From the NCBI GenBank assembly GCA_963771075.1, contig CAVYSE010000011.1, positions 288,001-352,000 on the forward strand: 64,000 nucleotides of DNA, read 5' to 3'. Every line of letters starts with the position of its first letter. Position 1 is the first letter of the stretch. The stretch comes from a candidate division FCPU426 bacterium. Lineage in GTDB: Bacteria > Oederibacteriota > Muellerivitia > Muellerivitales > Muellerivitaceae. Of this stretch, positions 17,143 to 26,681 are shown piece after piece. A program made the position numbers and the translations under genes. A model generated the notes under the pieces. The model saw nothing but the letters and a program-made list of their open reading frames with translations, ran no database searches and had not been told where the DNA came from.

Positions 17143-17895
17143 ATGAGAAACACGAGGGCCCTTCGTCCCCCCTGGGTCGGGGCAAAAAAGTTGAAAACCA
17201 AAAATGAGTCGGGGATTCCCCCTAAAGATTGGAAATATTGGCTTATGTTATCCATGACCGCGGTTTGGCTCGGCTTATTAATGTTTGTTCTCATTAAGAC
17301 CAACAACACGCTCAATGTGGGTCGGTATTGGAAGAACATTAGCGCCCTTGATCAAAACCAAAACGGTTTAAGCCGGAAAATGAATCAACCGGTTATAGCC
17401 GCCCTTCCCGGCTCTGGCACTGTGAACCTACCTTTTCCCCAATCCAGCGGGTTTTATCAAGTGGGTTTCAACACACTAGCGGGTTTTCCGTCCGAAATAC
17501 CCAACCTGGTTGCCGAACCAAAAGACCAACCCACCTTGGAGAAAAAATTTCAAGATGAAGTTCCAGGAACCATTCTGGGCCTGGATGGCAAGAAAATTTC
17601 GGTGGCCGGGTTCATGATCCCCATGGACGTGAATGATAAGGGAAAAGTTCTTTCCTTCATCCTCGCCCAAAACCGAATGACCTGTTGCTACGGCGCATTC
17701 CCGAAACTGAACCAGTGGATTTACGTCAAGATGATCGAAGGGAAAACAGTTGATTCCGCCATGGATATACCCCTCACGGTTTTCGGAACGTTGGGCGTGG
17801 GAACGAAATACGACCAGGATAATCAAGGCTGGTGCTTGTACCGCATGACCTGCGTAAAACTGGATTTGCCGAGGAAATCCTGGTTTGGATTTTAA
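17143..17895 (+). CDS. DUF3299-like protein 4 with an N-terminal TM anchor
   Basis: LDGKKISVAGFMIPMD...CCYGAFPKLNQWIYV. Confidence 0.75.
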   Translation: MRNTRALRPPWVGAKKLKTKNESGIPPKDWKYWLMLSMTAVWLGLLMFVLIKTNNTLNVGRYWKNISALDQNQNGLSRKMNQPVIAALPGSGTVNLPFPQSSGFYQVGFNTLAGFPSEIPNLVAEPKDQPTLEKKFQDEVPGTILGLDGKKISVAGFMIPMDVNDKGKVLSFILAQNRMTCCYGAFPKLNQWIYVKMIEGKTVDSAMDIPLTVFGTLGVGTKYDQDNQGWCLYRMTCVKLDLPRKSWFGF

Positions 17896-17907
17896 AGTCG
17901 CCGCGTT

Positions 17908-18010
17908 GAAATCCCCGGCTTTAGCCGGGGTTGAAAGGCGTCCCAGCCGAAGGCTGGGCAAGCGAAGCTTGGACTTCGTGGAGCCCCGGGCTTGCCCGGG
18001 GGGGTCTACC
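17908..18010. mobile_element. Non-autonomous IS200/IS605-type palindromic miniature element (PATE-like)
   Basis: Terminal hairpins CCCCGGCT-TT-AGCCGGGG and CCCCGGGC-TT-GCCCGGGG with two internal hairpins; no ORF. Confidence 0.55.
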
Positions 18011-18063
18011 ATTCGGGGTCCGGGTGAAACACAAAATAGTTTTTAAATGGAGGTTTCATAAAC

Positions 18064-18474
18064 ATGGTTCATAAATGGGTCCTTCCACCCTTACCCAATC
18101 TTGACAAGGCGGGCGCTCTTATGTCGTTTACTTGCGCGGTTCATTGTGTGCTTTTCCCTTTATTGATTGTCATCATGCCTTGGTTGGGCGCGTCCTTCCT
18201 TTATGACCGGAAAATCGAGTTCTTTTTCATCGTTGGTTCCGTGTTTTTGGCCACGCTCAGTTACAGCTATGGTTTTCACCTTCACCGAAAAATTTACCTC
18301 ATGCTGATGCTTTACCTCTGTACCGGGATGATCGTGGCTGGAAAGGTTCTCATCGGCGGCGTGCCGGGCTTGTGGGTGGCGGTCCCAGGGGCCCTCGGCT
18401 TGGCGACCGGGCACCTGTTGAACATGCGGCTTTGCCGACATTGCGCGGAGGGGGGACATCCACATCTGGATTGA
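18064..18474 (+). CDS. MerC-domain membrane protein
   Basis: LDKAGALMSFTCAVHCVLFP...GFHLHRK...GHLLNMRLC. Confidence 0.85.
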   Translation: MVHKWVLPPLPNLDKAGALMSFTCAVHCVLFPLLIVIMPWLGASFLYDRKIEFFFIVGSVFLATLSYSYGFHLHRKIYLMLMLYLCTGMIVAGKVLIGGVPGLWVAVPGALGLATGHLLNMRLCRHCAEGGHPHLD

Positions 18475-18520
18475 GGATGAATCAAGGGGAAAAGGGCTGG
18501 GGTGGGTTGCCGTCGTTTTC

Positions 18521-19240
18521 TTGGTTTTGGCTTTTGCGGCCCGGGGCGAAAGCCTGGCCGCCCTGAATCCGGCCGCCGGAACAAACGGTTACTCCATCGC
18601 GACGATGGGGGAATATCCCCCAGGGAGTAGTACCCCGAAAATCACCTTAACCTTTTCCAAAGGCGGAAAAAAACTTTGGGCTCACGTCCTGGAACATCCG
18701 GTCGAGAAAATCGCCATCATCGAGAAGAACGGGCGGTCCTTTTTCGGACTTGAGGACGGTGAAATCAGGGGCTATGACAGACATGGCAAAAGGATTTTGA
18801 CTCAATATGGAAAATTTCTGGTTGCTTCCGACGGCGGAAGGTATATCGCCTTTAATCCCCGGGGAATAAAGGGGATACAGGGCCATCCTTTAATTCAGGT
18901 CTTCGGCGTCGATGACGGGGGAAAACATGAGCTTGAACTCGGCGAAGGGTCAATCGAGGAATTGACGGATGATGGCAAGATGATTCTTGTCCGGCAAGGT
19001 CCTGGGTCATCCTCACAAAGCGGGTATTCTCTTTTGAATAACCGCGGAAAATTAATTTGGGAGAGAAAACAGCCGTGCCAATTTATAAAGGTGGAGGGAA
19101 ATGGAAAATGGATTCTTTTTGCCACGGACAACGGAAAAAGGGTGGAATCCTGCGATTTAAAGTCGGGGAAAACAGTTATGGTGATGCCGATACGCAGGTA
19201 CAACGCCCTATACAACCGGCCTCCGCCACGGCATCCCTGA
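18521..19240 (+). CDS. Hypothetical exported protein, possibly beta-propeller-like
   Basis: Open frame with repeated beta-strand/W motifs; start uncertain. Confidence 0.55.
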   Translation: MVLAFAARGESLAALNPAAGTNGYSIATMGEYPPGSSTPKITLTFSKGGKKLWAHVLEHPVEKIAIIEKNGRSFFGLEDGEIRGYDRHGKRILTQYGKFLVASDGGRYIAFNPRGIKGIQGHPLIQVFGVDDGGKHELELGEGSIEELTDDGKMILVRQGPGSSSQSGYSLLNNRGKLIWERKQPCQFIKVEGNGKWILFATDNGKRVESCDLKSGKTVMVMPIRRYNALYNRPPPRHP

Positions 19241-19242
19241 TC

Positions 19243-19497
19243 TTGGTGTTGGTGATATCCTTCATCTCATCCTTCCAGGTACAGGCAGGGCCCGATCAGG
19301 CTACCGGGCCCTCCGCCTTGGGCACTCCGTCCATAAGCCCAACCTCGAATTCCGCACCGAAAGCCGCGAAAAAAAAGAAACCGTTAAAAACCTTCGAGTG
19401 GTATTTCAAGAACGGGTGCAATTGCGCCCAATGCCAGGCGGCCAGGCAAAAACAACAAGAGAATGAAGAGAGGCTCAAAGAGAATTTCACGCCTTGA
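19243..19497 (+). CDS. Small exported protein with CxCxxC
   Basis: Hydrophobic N-terminus then KTFEWYFKNGCNCAQCQ; start uncertain. Confidence 0.4.
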   Translation: MVLVISFISSFQVQAGPDQATGPSALGTPSISPTSNSAPKAAKKKKPLKTFEWYFKNGCNCAQCQAARQKQQENEERLKENFTP

Positions 19498-20915
19498 ACC
19501 GCTTATTCCCATTACCGAAAACCAATTTCGGGAGGCGAACCGTGAGATTGTTTCCCTTGGGCTTGACTTGCCTGCTCGTTTTATCCGGCGTTACCGGGAG
19601 CCTGGCCCAAACGCCCGTTCCGGCTCAAAATCTCCCCGCTCTGGTAGCCGCCCTGATTTCCCCCGCCTCAAAAGTCAAAAGCGTCGAACAATATCCGTCC
19701 GGCCTGAATGGGGACGGCAAGGCCCAGACCCTCTACGTGGTTCATTTGAGCGATGGAGCAGGCGGGAAAGCCGGTTTGTTCATGGTGGATTCGGATTCCC
19801 GGTTGGTCTGGAGCCGGGTCCACAAACCCGAGCCGGTTATTGTCGGCACCTTCCGCAATGATGTGCCGCCCGTTTTTGGATATCCCTATTACGAGTCCCC
19901 TACGGCGGACTTTACCGCTTATAAACTCCTGATGTGGGATGGGCGGAAGCCCCGAATCGTTTTTGACGGCTCCTCCGGCGCGGCGGGTGAGACCCCCTCA
20001 TTCGTGGACCTGCGCGGGGACGGGACCCGGGAGATGGTCTTTTACAACCGGGGAAGCAAGCATTACGATGCGCCTTCCATCTTCGTCTGGAATGAGGAAA
20101 AACAGCGGTTGGAATATGGTGAACTGCGCTTCCCGAATTTTTGGAAAAAACTCATCAAAAATGAAATGGATAAACTCCAGGATTGGCAATATAGCAAGGC
20201 CCATTCCGAGGATCTCTTTGTTGATTGCGCCTGGCTGGATAGCTATTTGCGGGAAAGCGGCAGGACGGATGGGATCAACGAGTTTTTCCGACTGGCGATT
20301 GAAAAACTGGACCTCTTCGCGGAAAAAACAGGGGATGATGATTTACGCCAAAGGGCGGACGATGAAAAAAACCACCTCCATTTTATCCTGTCCGGGCCGA
20401 TCAGCGGCCTACTCCAGGACTTCTATAACCATTGCTCCCACTGGCCCTCTGGGGTCGCCGAGCTCAAAGCCTATACCGGGAAAAACAAATGGAATTTCGA
20501 CTGGAGCCTCTATCCTCACCTCGCGGTCGGGCCTACCCGATGGAATGTCTGCCGGGTCGCTTTCATCGACAGGTTTGTGATCCCACAGGCAAGGGTGGAC
20601 TTCAACGTTGGCCCGGATATACCCGATATCCCGGTGGAGGGGTATGCCGGATTTGTCCAGGAGACTCGGGAAAACCTGCTCCGGGATTTGACGGATTTGA
20701 TCCAGCAATTTCGGGTCAAAAAGGGCCGGTGGCCCCGAGACCGGAAGGAACTCCAACTTTATGGGAAGGACAGCTTTCAAGAGTGGGACGATTGCCCCGA
20801 TTTAACTTTCACAGCGGCGAAGGGTGGGGTTCTCAGGGTTCGGTTCACTTTTTCACCGGAGGACATGCCGGTCGAACCCGTTAAATTCGAGTTGAAAATT
20901 GTCCCGTTCCATTAG
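19494..20915 (+). CDS. Hypothetical exported protein
   Basis: 473-aa ORF with a signal-like region and an FVDLRGDGTREMV (FG-GAP-like) motif. Confidence 0.65.
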   Translation: MNRLFPLPKTNFGRRTVRLFPLGLTCLLVLSGVTGSLAQTPVPAQNLPALVAALISPASKVKSVEQYPSGLNGDGKAQTLYVVHLSDGAGGKAGLFMVDSDSRLVWSRVHKPEPVIVGTFRNDVPPVFGYPYYESPTADFTAYKLLMWDGRKPRIVFDGSSGAAGETPSFVDLRGDGTREMVFYNRGSKHYDAPSIFVWNEEKQRLEYGELRFPNFWKKLIKNEMDKLQDWQYSKAHSEDLFVDCAWLDSYLRESGRTDGINEFFRLAIEKLDLFAEKTGDDDLRQRADDEKNHLHFILSGPISGLLQDFYNHCSHWPSGVAELKAYTGKNKWNFDWSLYPHLAVGPTRWNVCRVAFIDRFVIPQARVDFNVGPDIPDIPVEGYAGFVQETRENLLRDLTDLIQQFRVKKGRWPRDRKELQLYGKDSFQEWDDCPDLTFTAAKGGVLRVRFTFSPEDMPVEPVKFELKIVPFH

Positions 20916-20927
20916 GAACTGATGATA

Positions 20928-21443
20928 GTGGAAATCAACCTCTGCCCTCATTGATCTTTTCGGTAAGGGACAAGATGCGATTCGTTTTGCGGGGTGAAAT
21001 AAAGCAATTCAAGTCCGAGCTACTGGTTGGTTTTCACGGTGGATGGCTGCGGTTTCAATGGCTGGGGACAAAAAAACGCCAGAGCCGGATGGGGTTTCGG
21101 ACTCTGGCGAGGAAAACTTAGCGGATGGAGACTCTTAAAGGGCCTGTTTGCGTTGTGTGCCCTGGGCGAGCATGCCGATGATGAATCAAGCATCGCTGGC
21201 CAACATGGCCACGCAATAGATCGAAGCGACCCAGGCGAAAAATGTGTGTTGTTCCCATAAAGCGTTCCAGGCTTGCGTGATGGAGAAACTGGAATCTTGC
21301 GGGAGGCCCATTAACCCGGCGGCAACCATTTCGATTCCAGCCGCGGTCAAAAGGCCCATTACCGTTAACATCTGTGATTTTTTCATGACGTCCTCCCCCT
21401 ATTTACGAATTCCTTTTTGTATTTATGAAAGGCCTTCGGCCTT
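20928..21443 (+). repeat. ~0.5-kb direct repeat copy 1 (CDF 3' remnant + terminator + small gene)
   Basis: Begins GTGGAAATCAACCTCTGCCCTCATTGA (VEINLCPH*), homologous to 27615-28130. Confidence 0.88.
21135..21386 (-). pseudogene. Small 2-TM membrane protein with an in-frame TGA (paralogue of 27823-28074)
   Basis: ...MLASDA*FIIGMLAQGTQRKQAL versus ...MLACDAWFIIGMIAQGTQRKQTL (TGG>TGA at 21186-21188). Confidence 0.75.
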
Positions 21444-21632
21444 TAGGCGGGCGCTATATGTCGAGCCTTATCTAACGGGAGGATGAATACATTATGAAGT
21501 TATTAGGAAAAAAATTAATGTCGTCGTCAACTAACTAAGCGATATTATTGGTTTTGTACCTATCAGCCGCTTGGTAATGTTGACATCTTTTCTCCGCTCC
21601 ACCCATAATCAACCTCGAAAGGGGAACTTCTC

Positions 21633-21923
21633 ATGCGCTTTATTCGCGGATACATTTTCCCGATATCCGCCTACCTCGTCCTCACTCTATCGTCGATTTA
21701 CATCCTCGAGGCCAGTCATCACCACGAGGGGATGGAAGACAACGACGGCTGTTCGGTTTGCGCCTTTCAACAGAATGTTTCCCATGTGCCGTCCCTGCCG
21801 GCCGCTCCCGTTTTGGCCCCTCTTTACCGGATCCACTCACTTTGGTTTTTCCATCCAATCTTTGTTTCCGTTGTTTTCGTCTCACCTTCCGGCCGTTCCC
21901 CGCCGCTCTTTCCCCAAGCCTAA
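21633..21923 (+). CDS. DUF2946/CruR-like leader protein 2 (His-run, CxxC, RSPP)
   Basis: ...EASHHHEGMEDNDGCSVC...SPSGRSPPLFPQA, upstream of a TonB-dependent receptor. Confidence 0.72.
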   Translation: MRFIRGYIFPISAYLVLTLSSIYILEASHHHEGMEDNDGCSVCAFQQNVSHVPSLPAAPVLAPLYRIHSLWFFHPIFVSVVFVSPSGRSPPLFPQA

Positions 21924-22030
21924 TATCCTCGGTCCTTGATTTTTAGGGACTGACCTATTTCGAGGGGTGGATTCCGCCCAAATGGGCCCTATCCCCCCCG
22001 GTTATTAGATCAATGGTTTTGGGGAGAACC

Positions 22031-22204
22031 ATGAGAACAAGAAGACAAATTCAAACTAGCTCTTGGCCCAATCGCAGATTCAGGAACATGAAAAGGGCCT
22101 ACCAATCCATCATTCCGCCCCGTAATTGGAAATATTGGGTCACGGCCTGCCTGTTCGGGATGGTGACGGCCTTTTTAACCTATGTCCTGATCGAGGTTTC
22201 ATAA
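22031..22204 (+). CDS. Small single-TM protein, 57 aa
   Basis: SD GGAG; IIPPRNWKYW plus a TM segment, resembling the N-terminus of 17143-17895. Confidence 0.65.
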   Translation: MRTRRQIQTSSWPNRRFRNMKRAYQSIIPPRNWKYWVTACLFGMVTAFLTYVLIEVS

Positions 22205-22227
22205 ATTGAAAAAACGGAGAACTAAAC

Positions 22228-24648
22228 ATGATCTATCGATTTCTAGCTTTGTTGGCTTTTTTGTCCTTTGCCGCCTTTTCGCCGGGTCCTCTTTGGGCCA
22301 CGGTGGACGGTGCTTTATCCGGAACCGTTTTAGATGACCAGGGCGTGGCGGTTCCCAACGCAAAAGTAACCATCACCGGAAACGGGACGGAAAAGGATTT
22401 AACTTCCTCGACCACCGGGGCTTTCCAGGTTTTCCCTTTGACGATTGGGGATTACCAGGTAAGTGTCCAAGCCGAGGGATTTAACCTTTACCAGGGGACC
22501 GTAGCGGTTTCAGGTAATTCCTCCTCACTGGAAGTTCGATTGTCACCAGCGGGGGAAATCCAAATGACGGTGAAGGCCAAGCGTCATTTGGTCACCCCCG
22601 CTTCCAACAGCAGCCGGGACCTGAACTCAGAGGACATTGCCCAGCTTCCCGAGGGGGCCACAACCAGTTTGCCCAAACTCCTTTACACCACTACCGCCGG
22701 ATTCGTGGAAGGGGATTTCGGCCAGGTCTTTACCCGTGGAAACCATGCCAATTTGCAGTACCAAATTGATGGTATCCAACTGCCTGATTCGGTCGGCGGT
22801 TCTTTCGGGGAAGCCTTCACGCCGGTCAATATTGACCATATGGAAATCTTGACCGGGGGCCTGGCTCCCGAGTTTGGAACCCGCATGGCCGGTGTAGTCA
22901 ATATTGTCACCAAGTCGGGCTCGACCGAGCCAGGTGGGGAAATCGGCTTGGATTACGGTTCTTACAACCAGACGACTTCTTACGCCAATTACGGCGGTGC
23001 GGACGCTTCCGGCGCGTTTCATTATTTTCTATCGGCCAATGCCTTCTCGACCGACCGGGGGCTGGATACGCCCGCTCCAGCCGATATCAACAACGACCAG
23101 AACGGCGGAAGCGAACAAGCCATCCACGACAAGAGCTATGGTTCGGATGGCTTCCTGAAACTCGATTATGTCGCGGATAACATGGACAAACTCGTGCTAG
23201 TAGCTTTCAGCGAGAACAAGTTTTACCAGATTCCCGACGACGACAGTTCTTTCGATCCTGGCGGTTCCAACTTTGCCTACTTCCAGGGACTCACGGATAC
23301 CTACGGGAACGGACCCTTCAACTATGTGCCTTCCACGACGAACGATACCCAATCGGAGGCGAACAAGTACGTTGAATTCGCTTGGAAGCACACCTTCGAC
23401 GAAAACTCGTTCATTCAAATAGCGCCTTATTGGAAGGAGTCGAACCTTACCTTCACCAACGATCCTTCCAATGACGTGGCGGCGGCGCAGGATAACGCGC
23501 TGGCCACACAATTAGGGAGTATCACCGAATCTTCTTTCTCGGAGAACCGCACCAGCGACAACTACGGGACACAGGTGGACTACACCTGGCATGCCGATTC
23601 GAACAATCTCATCAAGGCGGGAGGACAGTTTCTTTTGACCCAATCCTCGGGCCCTGTTTCGGTCATGGAGGTTACGAATTCAGGTGGCGGTCCCAGCACT
23701 ACCGCCAGTTCCGACAATTCCACCGATACCGGCTACCAAGAAGGGATTTATGTTCAGGACGAACTGACCTTAGCCAAATGGCTGGTGGTGAATGGAGGCA
23801 TCCGTTTTGATGCCACCCAATTCGTTTTTCCCGATACCACTTCCACTGATAGCAATTGGGGACCACGAATCGGTATTAGTCTTCTTCCCACTGAATCCAC
23901 GAAGTTCCACGTCTTTTACGGCAAGCTCTTCATGCCTGCCCCGGCGGAAGACTTGCGGGACACTTTCGTCAACCTGGGTCAAGGGAACCAATTGGCCCCC
24001 TATGACATTAAGGCCGAGAAGGACGATTACTTCGAGGCGGGTGTGGCCCAGCAGGCGGGGGAACAGCTTTTCACCCTCAACACCTACTATAAGTACGCTA
24101 CGAATATGTTGGACGAGACACAACTTTTGAATACGGCCATCGCCCAGCCCTACAACTTCGCTACTGGCTACGCCTATGGCGTGGAGTTTTCCATGCGGGG
24201 CAAGATCGACAAGGATTGGTCGGAATTTGCCAATTATTCCTATGAGATCGCCGAAGGTCAGGGGATCAGCGGGGGGCTCTTTGCCTTCCCAGCCGGGACT
24301 GACTTCGAGCCGGGCGTCTACCAGTTCCTTGACCACTGCCAGATCCACACCGCCAACGGGGGTTTGACTTATAACCCCGGGGATGTCTGGATCACGGCTG
24401 AAGGCTTGTTCGGCGGTGGATTGAGTACAGGCCCGAATAATTCTTTACGACTTCCGTCCCACTTCACGGCGGACCTGACCCTGGGTTACGCGTTCAAGAA
24501 AGACAGCGGGCTTTCGGGCATGAAGGCGAGCCTGGACGTGTTGAACGTTTTCGACAACCCCTACACCATCTTCATTGACAACGGGTACAACGGAAACCAT
24601 TACGAGAACGGCCGGGAGTTCATTTTCCATTTGGCCAAGGAGATTTAA
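22228..24648 (+). CDS. TonB-dependent receptor with an N-terminal carboxypeptidase-regulatory-like domain
   Basis: LSGTVLDDQGVAVPNAKVTI, plug TRGNHANLQYQIDGI...IEILTGG-like/GVVNIVTKSG, C-terminal LDVLNVFD...GREF. Confidence 0.92.
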   Translation: MIYRFLALLAFLSFAAFSPGPLWATVDGALSGTVLDDQGVAVPNAKVTITGNGTEKDLTSSTTGAFQVFPLTIGDYQVSVQAEGFNLYQGTVAVSGNSSSLEVRLSPAGEIQMTVKAKRHLVTPASNSSRDLNSEDIAQLPEGATTSLPKLLYTTTAGFVEGDFGQVFTRGNHANLQYQIDGIQLPDSVGGSFGEAFTPVNIDHMEILTGGLAPEFGTRMAGVVNIVTKSGSTEPGGEIGLDYGSYNQTTSYANYGGADASGAFHYFLSANAFSTDRGLDTPAPADINNDQNGGSEQAIHDKSYGSDGFLKLDYVADNMDKLVLVAFSENKFYQIPDDDSSFDPGGSNFAYFQGLTDTYGNGPFNYVPSTTNDTQSEANKYVEFAWKHTFDENSFIQIAPYWKESNLTFTNDPSNDVAAAQDNALATQLGSITESSFSENRTSDNYGTQVDYTWHADSNNLIKAGGQFLLTQSSGPVSVMEVTNSGGGPSTTASSDNSTDTGYQEGIYVQDELTLAKWLVVNGGIRFDATQFVFPDTTSTDSNWGPRIGISLLPTESTKFHVFYGKLFMPAPAEDLRDTFVNLGQGNQLAPYDIKAEKDDYFEAGVAQQAGEQLFTLNTYYKYATNMLDETQLLNTAIAQPYNFATGYAYGVEFSMRGKIDKDWSEFANYSYEIAEGQGISGGLFAFPAGTDFEPGVYQFLDHCQIHTANGGLTYNPGDVWITAEGLFGGGLSTGPNNSLRLPSHFTADLTLGYAFKKDSGLSGMKASLDVLNVFDNPYTIFIDNGYNGNHYENGREFIFHLAKEI

Positions 24649-24666
24649 AGACAACGACGAGGCTTA

Positions 24667-24836
24667 TTCACCGCCACGATGCGTCCCCTTCGGGGACAGG
24701 CTTGCATCGCGCCAAGAACGACAAAAAAACTTTAAGGTTTAAGTCTTACGGCATAACAAATCAATTTTGCTGTTAATCCAAAACGGTGCTGTTTTCTTAA
24801 CGATTCACTTGGCGTACTTGGCGTCTTGGCGGTGAA
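24667..24836. repeat. Intergenic inverted-repeat element
   Basis: TTCACCGCCA ... cttggcgtacttggcgtcttggcggtgaa. Confidence 0.65.
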
Positions 24837-24863
24837 AATTTTCTGGTGTGAAAGGTAAAAACA

Positions 24864-25499
24864 ATGAGCGGTTTATTCGAGGGTTTTACATTCATCTTCC
24901 GGGGCGGTTTCATGATGATTCCCCTCCTGATTTCCTCCCTGATCGCCTTGACGGTGATCATCGAGCGCTGGAAAGCCTATTCAAAGCGGTATATCACCCC
25001 GAAGGGCTTCATCAACGAAGTGTTGGACAAGGCCCTGACGGGCAAGGTTCCCGAGGCCGTTAAAGCCTGCGAGGGAAGAATGATCCCCGTGGCGGCGGTG
25101 TTGAAGGCCGGGCTGGAGCATTTCAAGAGTCCCATGGAGGAAATGGAAATCTCCATGAAGAACGCGGGAGAAAGCTGGGTACCCCGCCTGGAAAAATACG
25201 TCCACATCCTCGACACCACGATCACCATCGCGCCCTTGATGGGGCTTCTGGGCACCATCATCGGCATGATGGGCTCCTTTAAGGTATTAACCCAGAGCGG
25301 GGTGGACGACCCCTATTCCATCACTGGGGGTATCGCCGAGGCCCTGATCGCCACGGCCACCGGACTCGTCATCGCGCTGGTTTGCGTGATCGCGCATAAC
25401 TATTACAACACGCTCATCAAGAACTTCATCTATGAGATGGAATCCGCCGGTTCCAGGCTTTTGGAAGCCCGTATGGCCGCCGAAAGAAGGAAAAGCTGA
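24864..25499 (+). CDS. exbB: MotA/TolQ/ExbB proton channel
   Basis: IAPLMGLLGTIIGMMGSF...GIAEALIATATGL. Confidence 0.93.
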   Translation: MSGLFEGFTFIFRGGFMMIPLLISSLIALTVIIERWKAYSKRYITPKGFINEVLDKALTGKVPEAVKACEGRMIPVAAVLKAGLEHFKSPMEEMEISMKNAGESWVPRLEKYVHILDTTITIAPLMGLLGTIIGMMGSFKVLTQSGVDDPYSITGGIAEALIATATGLVIALVCVIAHNYYNTLIKNFIYEMESAGSRLLEARMAAERRKS

Positions 25500-25524
25500 T
25501 GAAAATACTGAACGAATTTTTTCT

Positions 25525-25623
25525 CACCCTCACCCCGGCCCTCTCCCGTCAAGGGAGAGGGAGTAAAACACGCGTTGAATTCAATTCCCCTCTCCCCTTG
25601 AGGGAGAGGGATAGGGTGAGGGG
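25525..25623. repeat. REP-type inverted pair CCCTCACCCCGGCCCTCTCCC..GGGAGAGGG
   Basis: Two inverted copies between exbB and exbD. Confidence 0.8.
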
Positions 25624-25650
25624 TGCCTTTTCACGGCCACTCTTGGGGGT

Positions 25651-26067
25651 GTGCTGATGCAAATACGCCAAAGGCCGCTCAAAAGGGTCCGCATCGAGAT
25701 CATCCCCATGATCGACGTGATCTTCTTTCTGCTGGTGTTCTTTATGGTGACGTCCCTCGCAATGACCCGCATTAACAGCGTCAAGGTCCTGCTCCCCAAG
25801 ATGTCGGGCAAGGCCGAGAACATGAAGCAAAACATCATATTGACCGTCAAGAAGGATGGGTCCCTGCTCATCAACAAAACCTCCGTGACCCTGGACACCC
25901 TTGGCAGCCAACTGGCCTACCAGATGCAGGCCAACCCCCAGGACGTGGTGATCATCAACGCGGATGAGGGCGTGGGTTACGGCCAAGTGGTGGAGGCCAT
26001 GAACAAGGCCAAGGAAGTGGGGGTGCGCAGGTTCGCCCTCGTGGCCGAGGCGGATAAAGACAAATGA
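25651..26067 (+). CDS. exbD: ExbD/TolR biopolymer transport protein
   Basis: IEIIPMIDVIFFLLVFFMVTS; alternative start ATG 25657. Confidence 0.93.
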   Translation: MLMQIRQRPLKRVRIEIIPMIDVIFFLLVFFMVTSLAMTRINSVKVLLPKMSGKAENMKQNIILTVKKDGSLLINKTSVTLDTLGSQLAYQMQANPQDVVIINADEGVGYGQVVEAMNKAKEVGVRRFALVAEADKDK

Positions 26068-26669
26068 CCACCTTTGACGAATATTCGAGCCTGGACCAGG
26101 ATGCCAAGAGACTCCGGCAGGCCGCTACGTGGGCGGTGGTTTTGGAAGCTTTGGTTTTTATCGCACTAGACCTGGGGCACCTTCCGTTTTTGCGGAATCC
26201 CTTTAACTCCACAGATTATGTCGAGGCCCAAATCATCCAGTTACCCCCCAATGCCCATTTGACCGGGGCGCAGGCAGTCAAAGATGAGGATGAAGTAGTT
26301 TTCAGTCACAAGGAAAACCACCGGAAGAAGGCTGAAAAAAAGGCACCGCCGAAAACAGCCGAACCCCAAAACCAAGTTGAAGCGGGGCCGTCTCTTGGGC
26401 CCACCCATGGGCCCGTGGCTTTTTACGCCCCCGCACCGGTGATTCCAACTTATCTCCGGGACCAGAATTTGAAAACCAGCGTGGTGATCGAATTCCTCAT
26501 CACCGCCCAGGGACAGGTTACGCCCCGGCTATTGGATTCCAGCGGAAATGACGAGCTGGACGCCATCGCCCTGAAAACCGCTTCGAAGTGGCAGTTCAAG
26601 CCCGCAGCCAAGGATAATACGCCCGTTGATTCCAAGACCCGGCTGAGGATATTGTTTGAGGTGTCTTGA
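26064..26669 (+). CDS. tonB: Energy transducer TonB
   Basis: TM anchor, linker, C-terminal SSGNDELDAIAL..KWQFKPA. Confidence 0.88.
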   Translation: MTTFDEYSSLDQDAKRLRQAATWAVVLEALVFIALDLGHLPFLRNPFNSTDYVEAQIIQLPPNAHLTGAQAVKDEDEVVFSHKENHRKKAEKKAPPKTAEPQNQVEAGPSLGPTHGPVAFYAPAPVIPTYLRDQNLKTSVVIEFLITAQGQVTPRLLDSSGNDELDAIALKTASKWQFKPAAKDNTPVDSKTRLRILFEVS

Positions 26670-26681
26670 ACAGGGGGGAAG

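Noticed and set aside
21186..21188. UGA recoded as Trp
   Set aside because: Many intact genes here end in TGA (e.g. the PII genes, exbB, kdpF), so this is a nonsense change or a base error
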